From NCBI GenBank assembly GCA_965198065.1, contig CBDAON010000004.1, positions 768,001-832,000 on the forward strand: 64,000 bases of DNA. Direction: 5' to 3'. Within the stretch, counting starts at the first letter, position 1. The number at the start of each line of letters is the position of its first letter. This document shows positions 10,126 through 20,698 of the stretch, piece after piece. The notes under the pieces were generated by a model. That model saw only the letters and a list, made by a program, of their open reading frames with translations. It did no database searches and was not told the origin of the DNA. The position numbers were made by a program, and so were the translations under genes. This stretch comes from Longimicrobiales bacterium. Its GTDB lineage: Bacteria > Gemmatimonadota > Gemmatimonadetes > Longimicrobiales > Gaopeijiaceae.

Positions 10126-11628
10126 TCAGCTCCCGAGCTTCGCCCCCAGGAGGCGCGCCACCTCGCCGGGATCCGCCTTTCCGCGGGACGCCTTCATCAC
10201 CTGTCCCATGAAGTAGCCCTGGAGCTTCTTCTCTCCGGCCCGGAAGCGAGCCACCTCGTCGGTGTGGGCGCCGAGCACCTCGTCCACCCACCCTTCGAGT
10301 TGGCCGCGATCCCTCACCAGGGCCAGCCCCTCGGTCTCCACGATCTCGCCCGGTGCACACCCGGTCTCGATCACCCGCCTCAGAACGTCCTTTCCCACCG
10401 ACTGGCTGATCTTCCCACCCTCGACGAGCTGGATCACCCGCAAGAGGGTGTCGGGCGCGACGGGGTACTCCTCCGGCGCCCAATCCCTCTCCTTGAGGGT
10501 CGCGAGGACCGGCCCCATGACCCAGTTGGACGCTTGCTTCGGATCAGCTCCGCCTGCCACCTGCTCGAAGTAGTCCCCGAGCGCGCGGGTGGCCGTGAGG
10601 ACCTCAGCGTCGTACGCGGGAAGTCCATATGCATCCCGGAAGCGAGCGCGCCGGGCGCCCGGAAGCTCGGGGAGCGTGTCACGGATCCGCTCGACGTCGG
10701 ACGGCACCACTACGAGCGGAGGAAGGTCGGGGTCGGGAAAGTAGCGGTAATCGTGGCTCTCCTCCTTCGTTCGCATGGGACGCACCTCCCCCCGCACCTC
10801 GTCCCAGAGCAAGGTGACGTGCTCAACACTCTCCTCGCGGGCGAGGAGCCCTTCCTGGCGAGCCAGCTCGATGCGGATCGCCTTCTCCACGCCCGAGAAG
10901 GAGTTCATGTTCTTGATCTCGGTCTTAACGCCGAGCGCCTCCGCTCCCCGCAGCCGGACGGACACGTTCGCGTCCACCCGGAGTGACCCTTCCTCCATGT
11001 TGCAATCCGAGACGTCCAGGTATTCGAGCACCTGCTTCACCTGCTGGAGGTAGGCGCGCGTCTCCGCCGGCGAGCGGAGGTCCGGCTCGGAGACGAGCTC
11101 GATCAGGGGCGTCCCGGTGCGGTTCAGGTCCACGGCTGTGGCCCCGGGGAAGCGATCGTGGATCGACTTTCCCGCGTCCTCCTCCAGGTGGATCCGCCGG
11201 ATCCGGACCTCGCGCTCCCCGCCTCCCTCGCCCACGACGAACCGGCCGCCGGTCGCCAGCGGCCGCTCGAACTGGGAGATCTGGTAGCCCTTGGGAAGGT
11301 CTGGATAGAAGTAGTTCTTCCGCGCGAAAATGCTCGTCTCGTGGACTGTGCAGCCGAACGCGAGCGCCGCGCGGACCGCGAGCTCGACCGCCTCCCGGTT
11401 CACCACCGGGAGCGCGCCAGGAAGACCCAGGCACACGGGACAGACGTTCGAGTTCGGGGCGTCGCCGAAGCGAGTGGAATCGGCGCAGAAGAGCTTCCAG
11501 TCCGTGCGGAGCTGAACGTGAATCTCGAGACCGATCACGGCCTCCCACTCCCCTTCGGCCCGGGCCCGCGCGCGCCCGGTCACCGGGCCGCTCCCGTGCG
11601 CGTCGCGGTGGGAGACGGCTGGGGCCAC
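10126..11628 (-). CDS. gatB: Asp-tRNA(Asn)/Glu-tRNA(Gln) amidotransferase subunit B
   Basis: IGLEIHVQL, RKNYFYPDLPKGYQISQ, HLEEDAGK, EIKNMNS, DYRYFPDPDL. The start may be GTG 11583. Confidence 0.98.
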   Translation of the reverse strand: MAPAVSHRDAHGSGPVTGRARARAEGEWEAVIGLEIHVQLRTDWKLFCADSTRFGDAPNSNVCPVCLGLPGALPVVNREAVELAVRAALAFGCTVHETSIFARKNYFYPDLPKGYQISQFERPLATGGRFVVGEGGGEREVRIRRIHLEEDAGKSIHDRFPGATAVDLNRTGTPLIELVSEPDLRSPAETRAYLQQVKQVLEYLDVSDCNMEEGSLRVDANVSVRLRGAEALGVKTEIKNMNSFSGVEKAIRIELARQEGLLAREESVEHVTLLWDEVRGEVRPMRTKEESHDYRYFPDPDLPPLVVVPSDVERIRDTLPELPGARRARFRDAYGLPAYDAEVLTATRALGDYFEQVAGGADPKQASNWVMGPVLATLKERDWAPEEYPVAPDTLLRVIQLVEGGKISQSVGKDVLRRVIETGCAPGEIVETEGLALVRDRGQLEGWVDEVLGAHTDEVARFRAGEKKLQGYFMGQVMKASRGKADPGEVARLLGAKLGS

Positions 11629-11647
11629 TGAGCGACGCTCATCGGGC

Positions 11648-13123
11648 TCACGCGTAGGCTCCTGAGACGCTCGCCTCGAGAGCCCGAGCCGCTCGGATCA
11701 TCGTGCCCTCCTGCCACATAGGAGCGAGGATCTGCCCCCCCACCGGGAGCCCGTTCACGGCTCCGATGGGAAGCGAGATCCCGGGGATCCCGGCCAGGTT
11801 CGCGGTCACGGTGAAGATATCCGAGAGGTACATCGCGACCGGGTCCTCTGTCCGCTCGCCGAGCGGAAACGCGGGGCTGGGCGTGACCGGTGTGAAGAGG
11901 AGGTCTACCCCAGCCTCCCACACGCGCTGGAAATCCCGGGCGATGAGGGTCCTGACCTTCTGAGCGCGTCCGTAGTAGGCGTCGTGGTAGCCGGCCGAAA
12001 GGGCGAAGGTCCCGAGCATGATCCGGCGGACGACCTCCCTCCCGAACCCGCGGGTCCGCGACTCCTCGTAGACCGCCCGCACGGAGTCGGCCCCGGGCGC
12101 ACGGAACCCGTATCGGACGCCGTCGTAGCGGGCCAGGTTCGAGGACGCTTCGGCCGGCGCCAGGACATAGTACGTAGGGACGGCCCACGGGGTGTGCGGC
12201 AGGGACACGTCCTCGATCTCGGCCCCCGCCTCCCTCAGCCGGTCCACTGCTTCCCGGCAGATCAAGGCCACCTCGGAATCGAGCTCGTCGGTGAAGTACT
12301 CGCGCGGGACCCCGATCCGAAGCCCCTTGATGCCCGGCTCCTTGTTCCGAATCCAGTCCGGAACGTCGAGGGGCGCCGAGGTCGCGTCCCGGGAGTCGTG
12401 CCCCGCGACGGCGTGGAGGAGGAGCGCCGCGTCCTCCACGGTCGCGCCGAGCGTCCCAACCTGATCGAGGGACGAAGCGAACGCGACGAGGCCGTATCGG
12501 CTCACCCGCCCGTAGGTGGGCTTGATCCCGACGACACCGCAGAACGCCGCGGGCTGTCGGACCGAGCCCCCCGTGTCGGATCCGAGGGCGCAGGGCACGA
12601 CCCCTGCCGCCACCGCAGCCGCAGATCCCCCAGAGCTCCCCCCAGGGACCCGGGACCGATCGCGTGGATTTCGCGTGGGGCCGAAGCCGGAGTTCTCCGT
12701 CGAGGAGCCCATCGCGAACTCGTCCATGTTCGTCTTTCCGAGAACGATCGCGCCCGCGCCGCGAAGACGCCGGACAACGGTAGCCTCGAACGGCGAGACG
12801 TATCCCTCCAGAATCCGGGAGCCACACGTGGTAGGCAGCTCCATGGTGCAGAGGTTGTCCTTCACGGCCACGGGCACGCCGGCGAGGGGACCCGCGCGCG
12901 GGCCCTGGCCGGGGTCGCCGCCGGCACCCGGGCCGCCGGAGCCGACCTCGCCCGGCGGCGGCGGACGGCTCTCGGGACCCAGGGCGAGGAACGCATGCAC
13001 GGGATCGGCTCCGGCCTCGACCTCTCGGGCCCGAGCGAGTGCCTCCCCGACGTAATGATCGGGGGGGACCCGCCCGGCCCGAACCGCCTCGGCCATCTGC
13101 CGGGCATTCGGAGTCGCGCTCAC
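11648..13123 (-). CDS. gatA: Asp-tRNA(Asn)/Glu-tRNA(Gln) amidotransferase subunit A
   Basis: Amidase signature [41 protein letters not shown]. Confidence 0.98.
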   Translation of the reverse strand: MSATPNARQMAEAVRAGRVPPDHYVGEALARAREVEAGADPVHAFLALGPESRPPPPGEVGSGGPGAGGDPGQGPRAGPLAGVPVAVKDNLCTMELPTTCGSRILEGYVSPFEATVVRRLRGAGAIVLGKTNMDEFAMGSSTENSGFGPTRNPRDRSRVPGGSSGGSAAAVAAGVVPCALGSDTGGSVRQPAAFCGVVGIKPTYGRVSRYGLVAFASSLDQVGTLGATVEDAALLLHAVAGHDSRDATSAPLDVPDWIRNKEPGIKGLRIGVPREYFTDELDSEVALICREAVDRLREAGAEIEDVSLPHTPWAVPTYYVLAPAEASSNLARYDGVRYGFRAPGADSVRAVYEESRTRGFGREVVRRIMLGTFALSAGYHDAYYGRAQKVRTLIARDFQRVWEAGVDLLFTPVTPSPAFPLGERTEDPVAMYLSDIFTVTANLAGIPGISLPIGAVNGLPVGGQILAPMWQEGTMIRAARALEASVSGAYA

Positions 13124-13211
13124 CGGGGCACCTCGCTCCGTCGCAGTCCCGTCCGTCGCTGCGGGTCACACCTAATGCCGCGCCCGCCCCCCCGTTGCCG
13201 TGAGTCTCGCC

Positions 13212-13544
13212 TCACGCCGCGCCGCCCTCCCTTTCCGAGGCCTCGCCCTCGTCGAGGGCCGGAAGACGGGGCACGATGAAGAAGCCATCCGCACACTCGG
13301 GGGCCCGGTCGCCCGGCGCCCCGGAGGCGAGCTCGTCCCGACCGAGGCGCGGGTCCCTGAACGCAACGACCTCGGAAACGGTCCATCCGCCTTCGGCCAC
13401 TTGCGACACGTCCACCTCCTCCAGCGCGCGAACGTGGCCCAGGATCCCGTTCAGCTCACCGGTGAGGCGATCGACCGCAGCCTTGTCGGGCCGGAGCCGC
13501 GCGAGCCCGGCAATCTTTCGGACCTCCTCTCCTGAAACCTCCAC
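13212..13544 (-). CDS. gatC: Asp-tRNA(Asn)/Glu-tRNA(Gln) amidotransferase subunit C
   Basis: EEVRKIAGLARL, ILGHVRALEEVD, AP...DGFFIVPR. Directly upstream of gatA; start GTG 13544. Confidence 0.92.
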   Translation of the reverse strand: MEVSGEEVRKIAGLARLRPDKAAVDRLTGELNGILGHVRALEEVDVSQVAEGGWTVSEVVAFRDPRLGRDELASGAPGDRAPECADGFFIVPRLPALDEGEASEREGGAA

Positions 13545-13573
13545 GCCCCCTCCCAGTCTAGACCCCACCCCGC

Positions 13574-15910
13574 TCAGAACTCCTTCTCGAGCCCCGCGTA
13601 GCGGACCACGAGCTTCTTCCTCCCCACCGAGTGAAAGTCCACCGTGACCTTCACGTCTCTCCCGAATCCGGTGACCTCGACGACCCTGCCCGCCCCGAAC
13701 GTCGGGTGGCTCACGCGCTCGCCCTTCCGGAGGTCGGGAAGATCCTGGTTCATTTCCGCTTCGAGGGCCAGGTCGTCCCCGTCGGCCGCCGCGCTCCTGG
13801 ACGCGCCGACGCCCTGGGCCCGGCCTCGCGAGGGGCGCCGTGGCCCCTCCCAGCTTCCCGTAGACGCGAACGCCTCCTCGCTCCGGGGGAGCCCCGGGCC
13901 GCCCCAGTCCCGAGCCAGCCCTCGGGACCTCGTCTCCTTCACGAGGCCAGCGGGAATGTCCTCCACGAACGAAGAGAGCGTTCCCACCATCCAGTCCCCT
14001 CCGCGCCGGCGCTCCCGAGCCCAGCTGAGATAAAGCCGATCGCGGGCTCGGGTGATGCCCACGTAAAAGAGCCGGCGCTCCTCCTCGAGGAGGTGGGGCT
14101 CATCGTACGAGCGCATGAGCGGGAAGAGCCCCTCCTCGAGCCCCGAGATGAACACGACGGGGTACTCGAGCCCCTTCGCGTTGTGAAGGGTCATGAGCGT
14201 GATCGCGTCTGACTCGGGATCGTGGCGGTCTATGTCCGTGACAAGCGCCACCTGCTGGAGGAAGAGGTCCAGTTCGGTCACGTCGTCCGCGGTCGCTCCC
14301 TCCTCCTCTTCGACCTGGAGCTCGAGGTCGGTGGCTCCCGCGATCAGCTCCTCGACGTTCAGGACCCGTTCTTCCCCCTCGGGTCCCTCCGCCCGGAGCG
14401 ACTGGAGGAAGTCGATCCGCTCTACGAGCTCCTCGATCAGGGGGCCGACTGCGAGCGTTCGCGCGCTCGCCCTGAGATCCCGGATCAGCGCCGCGAATCG
14501 GCCTATCCCCCGGGCGGCACCCGCCGAGAGCCCAGAGACCTCTCCGGCCCGACCGGCGCCCTCCAGGAGGGACACGCCCGCCTCTCCGCACCACGACCTC
14601 AAGCGCTCGAGGCTGACCTTCCCCACACCCCTCCGGGGCAGATTTACCACCCGTTCGAACGCGGCCGTGTCGCGGGGGTTCGACACCAGGCGCAGATAGG
14701 CGAGCAAGTCCTGGATCTCGCGGCGCTCGTAAAAGCGAACCCCCCCGACGATCTGGTACGGGATCCCGCGCCGCCGGAACACGTCCTCCAGCGCCCGTGA
14801 CTGCGCGTTCGTTCGGTAGAGGACTGCCGTGTCTCGGTACCGGGCGAGGTCGCCCGACTGGAGCAGCGACTCGACCTCGCCGGCCAGGCTCGTGGCCTCG
14901 TCACGCTCGTCCTGGACCTCGAGCACCGTGATGTGCGCCCCCGCCTCGCGTGCCGTCCGGAGCGTCTTGGGTTTCCGGTTCAGGTTCCTGCGGATCACGG
15001 CGTTCGCAGCGCCGAGGATCGTCCCGGTAGAACGGTAGTTCTCCTCGAGCCGGACCACACGGGCGCCCCCGAACGTCTGCTCGAAGTCGAGGATGTTCCG
15101 GATGTCGGCTCCCCTCCAGCCGTAGATGGACTGATCGTCGTCCCCCACCACCACGAGGTTCCGGTGCACGCGCGCGAGCAACTCTACGAGCCGGAACTGG
15201 GCGTGGTTGGTGTCCTGGTACTCGTCCACGAGGATGAACTGGAACCGCTCCTGGTAGCGCGCCAGAAGCTGAGGATCCGCCTCGAACAGCTCGACGGGCT
15301 TCATCAGGAGATCGTCGAAGTCGAAGGCGTTCTGGCGGTGGAGGGATCGCTGGTACTCGGGGTAGACCTTGGCGGCCATCCGCCCCAGGAGCTGGACGCC
15401 CTCCTCGTTCTCGCGCGCGAAGCGTTCCGGACCGATCAGCTGGTTCTTCGCGTCGCCCAAGACGCTCTTCACCGCCTTCGGGCGCCAACGCTTCTGATCG
15501 ATGTCAAGCGCCTCCATGACGCGCCCCACCTCGCGGACGCTTTCGTCGGCGTCGAAGATCGTGAACCGGGCATCCCAGCCGAGCGCGCCCGCGTGACGCC
15601 GGAGAAAGCGGGCGCTGAGGGCGTGGAACGTTCCTATCCAGGCACCCGTGGGTTCTCGACCCAACAGAGCACGAATCCGACGCCTCATCTCCCCCGCAGC
15701 CTTGTTCGTGAACGTCACGGCAAGGATGCGGGCGGGTGGGACGCCGTGCTCCTGGATCAGCCGCGCGACCCGGACCGTGAGGACGCGCGTCTTTCCGGAC
15801 CCGGCACCAGCTAGGACGAGGAGCGGACCGTCCAGGTGCTCGACCGCGGCCCGTTGCTCGGGGTTCAGCTCCCTCGCAGCCTCGTCGAAAGGATGCTTCG
15901 TGGGAGTCAA
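13574..15910 (-). CDS. pcrA: ATP-dependent DNA helicase PcrA/UvrD
   Basis: LAGAGSGKT, TFTNKAA, DEYQDTN, GDDDQSIY, NYRS, TLHNAKGLE, EERRLFYVGITRA, C-terminal Tudor-like domain. Confidence 0.95.
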   Translation of the reverse strand: MTPTKHPFDEAARELNPEQRAAVEHLDGPLLVLAGAGSGKTRVLTVRVARLIQEHGVPPARILAVTFTNKAAGEMRRRIRALLGREPTGAWIGTFHALSARFLRRHAGALGWDARFTIFDADESVREVGRVMEALDIDQKRWRPKAVKSVLGDAKNQLIGPERFARENEEGVQLLGRMAAKVYPEYQRSLHRQNAFDFDDLLMKPVELFEADPQLLARYQERFQFILVDEYQDTNHAQFRLVELLARVHRNLVVVGDDDQSIYGWRGADIRNILDFEQTFGGARVVRLEENYRSTGTILGAANAVIRRNLNRKPKTLRTAREAGAHITVLEVQDERDEATSLAGEVESLLQSGDLARYRDTAVLYRTNAQSRALEDVFRRRGIPYQIVGGVRFYERREIQDLLAYLRLVSNPRDTAAFERVVNLPRRGVGKVSLERLRSWCGEAGVSLLEGAGRAGEVSGLSAGAARGIGRFAALIRDLRASARTLAVGPLIEELVERIDFLQSLRAEGPEGEERVLNVEELIAGATDLELQVEEEEGATADDVTELDLFLQQVALVTDIDRHDPESDAITLMTLHNAKGLEYPVVFISGLEEGLFPLMRSYDEPHLLEEERRLFYVGITRARDRLYLSWARERRRGGDWMVGTLSSFVEDIPAGLVKETRSRGLARDWGGPGLPRSEEAFASTGSWEGPRRPSRGRAQGVGASRSAAADGDDLALEAEMNQDLPDLRKGERVSHPTFGAGRVVEVTGFGRDVKVTVDFHSVGRKKLVVRYAGLEKEF

Positions 15911-17115
15911 AGCGACGCGGCGTCCGACGCTCGGGCTGGAGGGACGCGGGCAGGTAGCTTCACCCGGAACAGGGTCCCCTTCGGGCCCGTCTCAACCAGA
16001 TCGATCCGCCCTCCATGGATCTCCTCCACGATACGCCTGGCCAGCGTCAGGCCCACGCCCCAACCCCCGGACTTGGTGGTCGTTCCGGCCTGGAAGAGCT
16101 GGTCCAGGATCTCAGGATCGACGCCCGGGCCCGTGTCGCGAACCTCCAACGTGACCCAGCCAGGCTCGCCGGGGAAGGCCCAGATCGCGATCGTGCCGGC
16201 CCGTCCCGCGAGCGCGTCCAGCGCGTTCTTCACGATGTTCTCCAGAGCCCAGGTGAGGAGCACCTTATTCCCTAGGATGCTGGGAAGCCCCGGGTCCACG
16301 TCCACGTTCAGCCGGACCCCGGGTCCGAGCCTCGGCATGCGGACACCGATGTAGCGCTCAACCGCTAAGATCACGGTCTTCAGGTCGAGGGACTCGAGCA
16401 CGGTCCTCCGTCCGATCAGCTCGAAGCGCCGGCTGACGCGCTCGAGCCGGTCCACGTCGGCCCCGATCTCGGACGCGATCTCGGGATCCTCGATGTCGCT
16501 CGGGCGCTCGGCCGGCGGTAGGGAGAGAACCTCGAGCCAGCCCTTGAGCGAGGAAATCGGCGTGCCGAGTTGGTGCGCCAGCTCCCGCGCCGTGGACGTC
16601 CACGCCTGGTCCGCCTCCGCCTTCCGCTGCGATCGGATCACCGCCGAGCCGGTGAGGAAGATCAGGAGGAGGCCCCCGACCTGGAACCAGGGAACCCACC
16701 GAAGCCTCTGGAACTGGGGTGGGACGCCGAAGTGGATAACCTGCTCGAAGCTCGCCACCGGGGGATTCCGGAGATCGAGCTCACGCGAATACTCGAGCAC
16801 CCTGGCCTGGCCCTCCGGAGTGTCCAGGTCGACCTCGAACGGGAGGTTCTGGACCGACGCGACCGAGTCGCCGGAAACTGTGAGGACCATGGGGACCTCG
16901 AACTCCAGGATGATGTCCTGCAGCCGGACGAGCGATTGGTCTACGGCGAAGTCGGTCGGCGAGGTCAGCGCCCGATGCACCTCGGAGTACATCCGGCTCA
17001 TCGTCTCGGTCTCGGCACGGAGCGCCCGGACGACCTGCTCAGTGTAAACGAGGTACCAACCCAGGATGGCGAGGAAGAGCACCGCCAGGGCCGTGGACCA
17101 CCTTCCCTTGAGCAC
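15907..17115 (-). CDS. Membrane sensor histidine kinase
   Basis: Two TM helices, H-box ELAHQLGTP, N-box ENIVKNALDA, DTGPG, TTKSGGWGVGL. Start trimmed to GTG 17115. Confidence 0.92.
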   Translation of the reverse strand: MLKGRWSTALAVLFLAILGWYLVYTEQVVRALRAETETMSRMYSEVHRALTSPTDFAVDQSLVRLQDIILEFEVPMVLTVSGDSVASVQNLPFEVDLDTPEGQARVLEYSRELDLRNPPVASFEQVIHFGVPPQFQRLRWVPWFQVGGLLLIFLTGSAVIRSQRKAEADQAWTSTARELAHQLGTPISSLKGWLEVLSLPPAERPSDIEDPEIASEIGADVDRLERVSRRFELIGRRTVLESLDLKTVILAVERYIGVRMPRLGPGVRLNVDVDPGLPSILGNKVLLTWALENIVKNALDALAGRAGTIAIWAFPGEPGWVTLEVRDTGPGVDPEILDQLFQAGTTTKSGGWGVGLTLARRIVEEIHGGRIDLVETGPKGTLFRVKLPARVPPARASDAASL

Positions 17116-17140
17116 GCTCGCCCCTCCGGACTCCGTAAGG

Positions 17141-18421
17141 TCAGGGGACCGGGAGCTTCGAGACCCCCATTCGATCGTGGAGCGCCCGGGGGAGCGTGAC
17201 ACTCCCGTCTTCCTCCTGGTAGGTCTCGAGGAGTGCGACCATAAGCCTGGGCAGCGCGAGCGCCGAGCCATTCAGCGTGTGCACGAGCTCGGGCTTCTCT
17301 CCCGGCGCGGGACGGTACCTCAGGTTCGCTCTCCGCGCCTGATAGTCCGTGAAGGTGGAGCAACTCGATACCTCGAGCCACTGCTCCACACCTGGCGCCC
17401 ACACCTCCAGATCGTAGGTCATCGCAGACGAGAAGCCCAGATCGCCAGCCGCGAGGCGCACCACCCGATAGGCGAGGCCGAGGACCCGGAGAGTGGTCTC
17501 CGCCTGCGAGGTCAGCTCCTCTAGGGCGGCCCGGCTCTGCTCCGGCTTCTCGTAGCGGACCAGCTCCACCTTGTCGAACTGATGGATGCGGAGGAGGCCT
17601 CTAGTGTCCTTTCCGGCCGCCCCAGCCTCCCGACGAAAGCAGGGGGAATACGCGGTGTAGCGCAGGGGGAGCGCGTCCGCGTCGAGGATCTCGCCCCGAT
17701 GGAGGTTCGTGACCGGCACCTCGGCCGTTGGAATGAGCCAGAGGTCGTCCTGGGAGGTCACCCAGGACTCATCCGCCATCTTGGGGAGCTGCCCCGTGCC
17801 CGTGAGCGTCTCCTCCGTCACGAGATACGGGACCCGGAGCTCCTCGTAGCCGTGGTCGCGGGTATGGAGGTCGAGCATCGAGTCGATCAGGATCCGCTGG
17901 AGGCGCGCCCCGGCACCGACGAGCAGCGGGAACCCGGACCCGGAGATCTTGGCCCCGCGAGGGAGATCGAGGAGACCGAGAGACGCCCCCAGCTCCCAGT
18001 GGGGGCGTGCGGGAAAGGCGTGGGTCACCGGCTCCCCGTACGTTCGGACCACCTCGTTCCGCTCGGCGCCGCCTTCCGGCACCTCATCGAGGGGAAGGTT
18101 CGGGACGCGGAGGAGGATCTTCCGGATCCGTTCGTCGGTCTCTGAGGCGACCCGCTGGTGCTCCGCGATCTCGGCGCCGACCCGTTGCATCTCGGCGATG
18201 AGCGCGGATGGATCCTTCCCCTCCTGCCTCAGCGCGCCGACGGTCTTCGACGCCTCGTTCCGCCGGGCACGCAGCGCGTCCCCCCTGGTGATCGCCTCCC
18301 TCCGGCTCTGATCGAGGTCGAGGATCTCTGGGACGACCTCCGGACCTCCGCCGGCCCCGCGCCGCAGGAGTCCCGCTCGCACCGCGTCAGGGTCCTCCCG
18401 GATCGCTCTCAGATCGAGCAT
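17141..18421 (-). CDS. serS: Serine--tRNA ligase
   Basis: MLDLRAIR, PTAEVP, CFRREAGAAGKDTRGLLRIHQFDKVE, EVSSCS, HTLNGSALA. Confidence 0.98.
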   Translation of the reverse strand: MLDLRAIREDPDAVRAGLLRRGAGGGPEVVPEILDLDQSRREAITRGDALRARRNEASKTVGALRQEGKDPSALIAEMQRVGAEIAEHQRVASETDERIRKILLRVPNLPLDEVPEGGAERNEVVRTYGEPVTHAFPARPHWELGASLGLLDLPRGAKISGSGFPLLVGAGARLQRILIDSMLDLHTRDHGYEELRVPYLVTEETLTGTGQLPKMADESWVTSQDDLWLIPTAEVPVTNLHRGEILDADALPLRYTAYSPCFRREAGAAGKDTRGLLRIHQFDKVELVRYEKPEQSRAALEELTSQAETTLRVLGLAYRVVRLAAGDLGFSSAMTYDLEVWAPGVEQWLEVSSCSTFTDYQARRANLRYRPAPGEKPELVHTLNGSALALPRLMVALLETYQEEDGSVTLPRALHDRMGVSKLPVP

Positions 18422-18424
18422 CGG

Positions 18425-18979
18425 TTACTCGGGGGGAGGGACCAGGCTTCGGTTGTTGCAGTCCGGGCTCGTGTCGTGCAGGAAGCGCAGGACCCCGGCC
18501 TCCTCATTGACTTCTAGCGGCTCCATCTTGCCGTAATGCTGACACACAGAGCCGAACGAGCCTGACTGCTGGCGGGTGCGAACGACGTAGATCGTCCCGA
18601 GCCGGATCGAGAGGGGCTCCACGGTCGAGTAAAGCAGCGTATCCTCCGGTGCCTCCCGCACGTCCTCGAACTCGACCCCCTCGATGGGGGCGATCCCGGC
18701 CCCGGACGTGATCCCGAGCGTGCGCGGAAGCACGAGCACGAGCTCCCCGTCCACGCGGTCGAGCGCGAAATCCCACTGCCGGCTCGTGAGAGGGTTCTCG
18801 ACGACCACGGGCAGGCGACCCGACATGTCGAACGCCGACGGGCGATAGAGCTCGTCCCGGTCGAGCGAGTAGATCGTCGCCTCCTGCGGGTTCTCCTGCC
18901 AGAACACGAGGAACGGGTCTTCCCCGCAGGCTGCGGCCCCCGCGAGGGCCGTGACGGTCAGGACGAAGCGGAGGCTCAC
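18425..18979 (-). CDS. Hypothetical lipoprotein
   Basis: Signal peptide ending in lipobox-like AAAC; its stop is 3 nt before serS. Confidence 0.7.
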   Translation of the reverse strand: MSLRFVLTVTALAGAAACGEDPFLVFWQENPQEATIYSLDRDELYRPSAFDMSGRLPVVVENPLTSRQWDFALDRVDGELVLVLPRTLGITSGAGIAPIEGVEFEDVREAPEDTLLYSTVEPLSIRLGTIYVVRTRQQSGSFGSVCQHYGKMEPLEVNEEAGVLRFLHDTSPDCNNRSLVPPPE

Positions 18980-19043
18980 GGTCGGTTCCCCGTCTCCGGA
19001 GGGCGTTGGATTCGGAAGCGGACCCTCCCAGGAGAAGGCGTGA

Positions 19044-19073
19044 ACACTACCCGCCCCGGCGAGGTGGTGTCAA
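19044..19073 (-). promoter_or_regulatory. Sigma70-type promoter for the lipoprotein-serS operon
   Basis: TTGACA (19073-19068), 18-nt spacer, TAGTGT (19049-19044). Confidence 0.55.
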
Positions 19074-19094
19074 CCCCGGAAAGCCGCTCATTTC

Positions 19095-19123
19095 TTGACT
19101 TTACACCGCCCCGGGGGTAAGTT
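19095..19123 (+). promoter_or_regulatory. Sigma70-type promoter for the response regulator-manC operon
   Basis: TTGACT (19095-19100), 17-nt spacer, TAAGTT (19118-19123); back-to-back with the divergent promoter. Confidence 0.55.
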
Positions 19124-19203
19124 TCGCCGCGCGTCCGCGTGACTCCGGGGAGCTGTCGTCCGCGTCGGGTGAGCCGCCGCTCCCTCCCGTCCCAGGAAGC
19201 TCC

Positions 19204-19605
19204 ATGTCCGAAGCTCGTACTGGCCGTGCGGGCCCCCACCGCATTCTGCTGGCGGAAGACGAGCCTCACGTTCGCCGAATCCTCTCCACGCTGTTCGAGG
19301 GCCCAAACTTTGAGTTGGAGATCGTCCACGACGGGGCAGCCGCCATCCGGGCCCTCCGGAGCGAGAGCCCGTACCATCTGATCCTGCTCGACATCGTGAT
19401 GCCGGAGGCCTCTGGGCTGGACGTGCTCCGGGAGATCCGTACGTTGCCTCGCAGGGCCGGCACCCCGGTCATCGTCCTCACGGGCAAGGGGCAGGACACC
19501 GACCGGCAGGAAGCTTTCGCGCTTGGCGCCGACGAGTTCCTCACTAAGCCGTTCAGCCCCAAGAAGTTGCTGACTCTCGTGGATGAGCTCCTTGCTCGAC
19601 GTTGA
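19204..19605 (+). CDS. Single-domain response regulator (CheY-like receiver)
   Basis: ILLAEDE, LILLDIVMP, IVLTG, GADEFLTKPF; no output domain. Confidence 0.93.
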   Translation: MSEARTGRAGPHRILLAEDEPHVRRILSTLFEGPNFELEIVHDGAAAIRALRSESPYHLILLDIVMPEASGLDVLREIRTLPRRAGTPVIVLTGKGQDTDRQEAFALGADEFLTKPFSPKKLLTLVDELLARR

Positions 19606-20698
19606 GCGCCACGTACGCGTCGTGGTCATGGCCGGCGGGATCGGCTCCCGCTTCTGGCCTGCCAGCACTCCCTCCCGTCCGAAGCCGCTCCTCGCCCTCG
19701 GATCTTCCGACCGGCCCCTGATCGCGGAGACGGTCCGGCGCGGGCTCGCCCTCGTACCCGCCGAGCGGCTCCACGTTCTCGCCGGAGCGTCTCTGGTCGG
19801 CGCCTTCCGCGATGCGGTGCCCGACCTCGGGCCGGCCAGTTTCTGGATCGAGCCCCGCGCCCGAGGCACCGCACCGGTGCTGGCCTGGGCAGCCCACCGG
19901 ATCCACCAGCAGGACCCGGAAGCCGTCATGGTCTCCCTCCACTCAGATCACGTGGTCCGTCCGGAGACCGAGTTCGGCCGGCAGATCCCCGAAGCCGCCG
20001 CCCTCGCGAGCGAGCGGGATTGCCTGTTCACGGTGGCGGTGCCACCGACCCGACCCGAAACCGGCTTCGGGTACATCCGACCGGGCGCGCCAATCCCGGG
20101 ACGTGGTTCTCCCTCTACGGGCACGGGCCTGGAGGCGTTCGAGGTGTCCGCCTTCGTGGAGAAGCCCGACCAGGCAACGGTCGAGCGCTACCTCTCGGAG
20201 GGGTACCTCTGGAACTCCGGGATCTTCCTCTTTCCGGTCGCTCGGTTCCTCGAGGAAGTCCGGTCGCACGCACCGGAGATCGGACTGCACCTCCGACACC
20301 TGGACGATGGCGACGAGGCCGGCTTCTTCGAGTCGGTCCCCACGATTTCCGTGGACGAAGCCGTTCTGGAGCGGACCCCGCGGGTTGCGGCCGTGCGTGC
20401 CGCCTTCGAGTGGGACGATGTGGGGAGCTGGGAGGCGCTCGCGCGGACCCGGCCAGCGGACGAGGCCGATAATCACACGGCGGGCGACGTCGAGGCCGTG
20501 GACTCCGGAGGGTGCGTCGTGTGGGCCGAGGACGGGGCCGTCGTGCTCTTCGGCGTCGAGGACCTGGTCGTCGTGCGGTCGGGAGACGTGACGCTGGTGT
20601 CGGCCCGAGACCGGGCCCCGGATCTGAAGAGCCTCCTCTCGCGGCTCCCCGGACGGCTTCGCGGCGAACGCGCGACGAGGTCAGGGGGGGCGGAGTGA
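19583..20698 (+). CDS. manC: Mannose-1-phosphate guanylyltransferase
   Basis: MAGGIGSRFWP...PKPLL, EPRARGTA, SDH, PETGFGYI, FVEKP, WNSGIF, WDDVGSW. Confidence 0.9.
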   Translation: MSSLLDVERHVRVVVMAGGIGSRFWPASTPSRPKPLLALGSSDRPLIAETVRRGLALVPAERLHVLAGASLVGAFRDAVPDLGPASFWIEPRARGTAPVLAWAAHRIHQQDPEAVMVSLHSDHVVRPETEFGRQIPEAAALASERDCLFTVAVPPTRPETGFGYIRPGAPIPGRGSPSTGTGLEAFEVSAFVEKPDQATVERYLSEGYLWNSGIFLFPVARFLEEVRSHAPEIGLHLRHLDDGDEAGFFESVPTISVDEAVLERTPRVAAVRAAFEWDDVGSWEALARTRPADEADNHTAGDVEAVDSGGCVVWAEDGAVVLFGVEDLVVVRSGDVTLVSARDRAPDLKSLLSRLPGRLRGERATRSGGAE

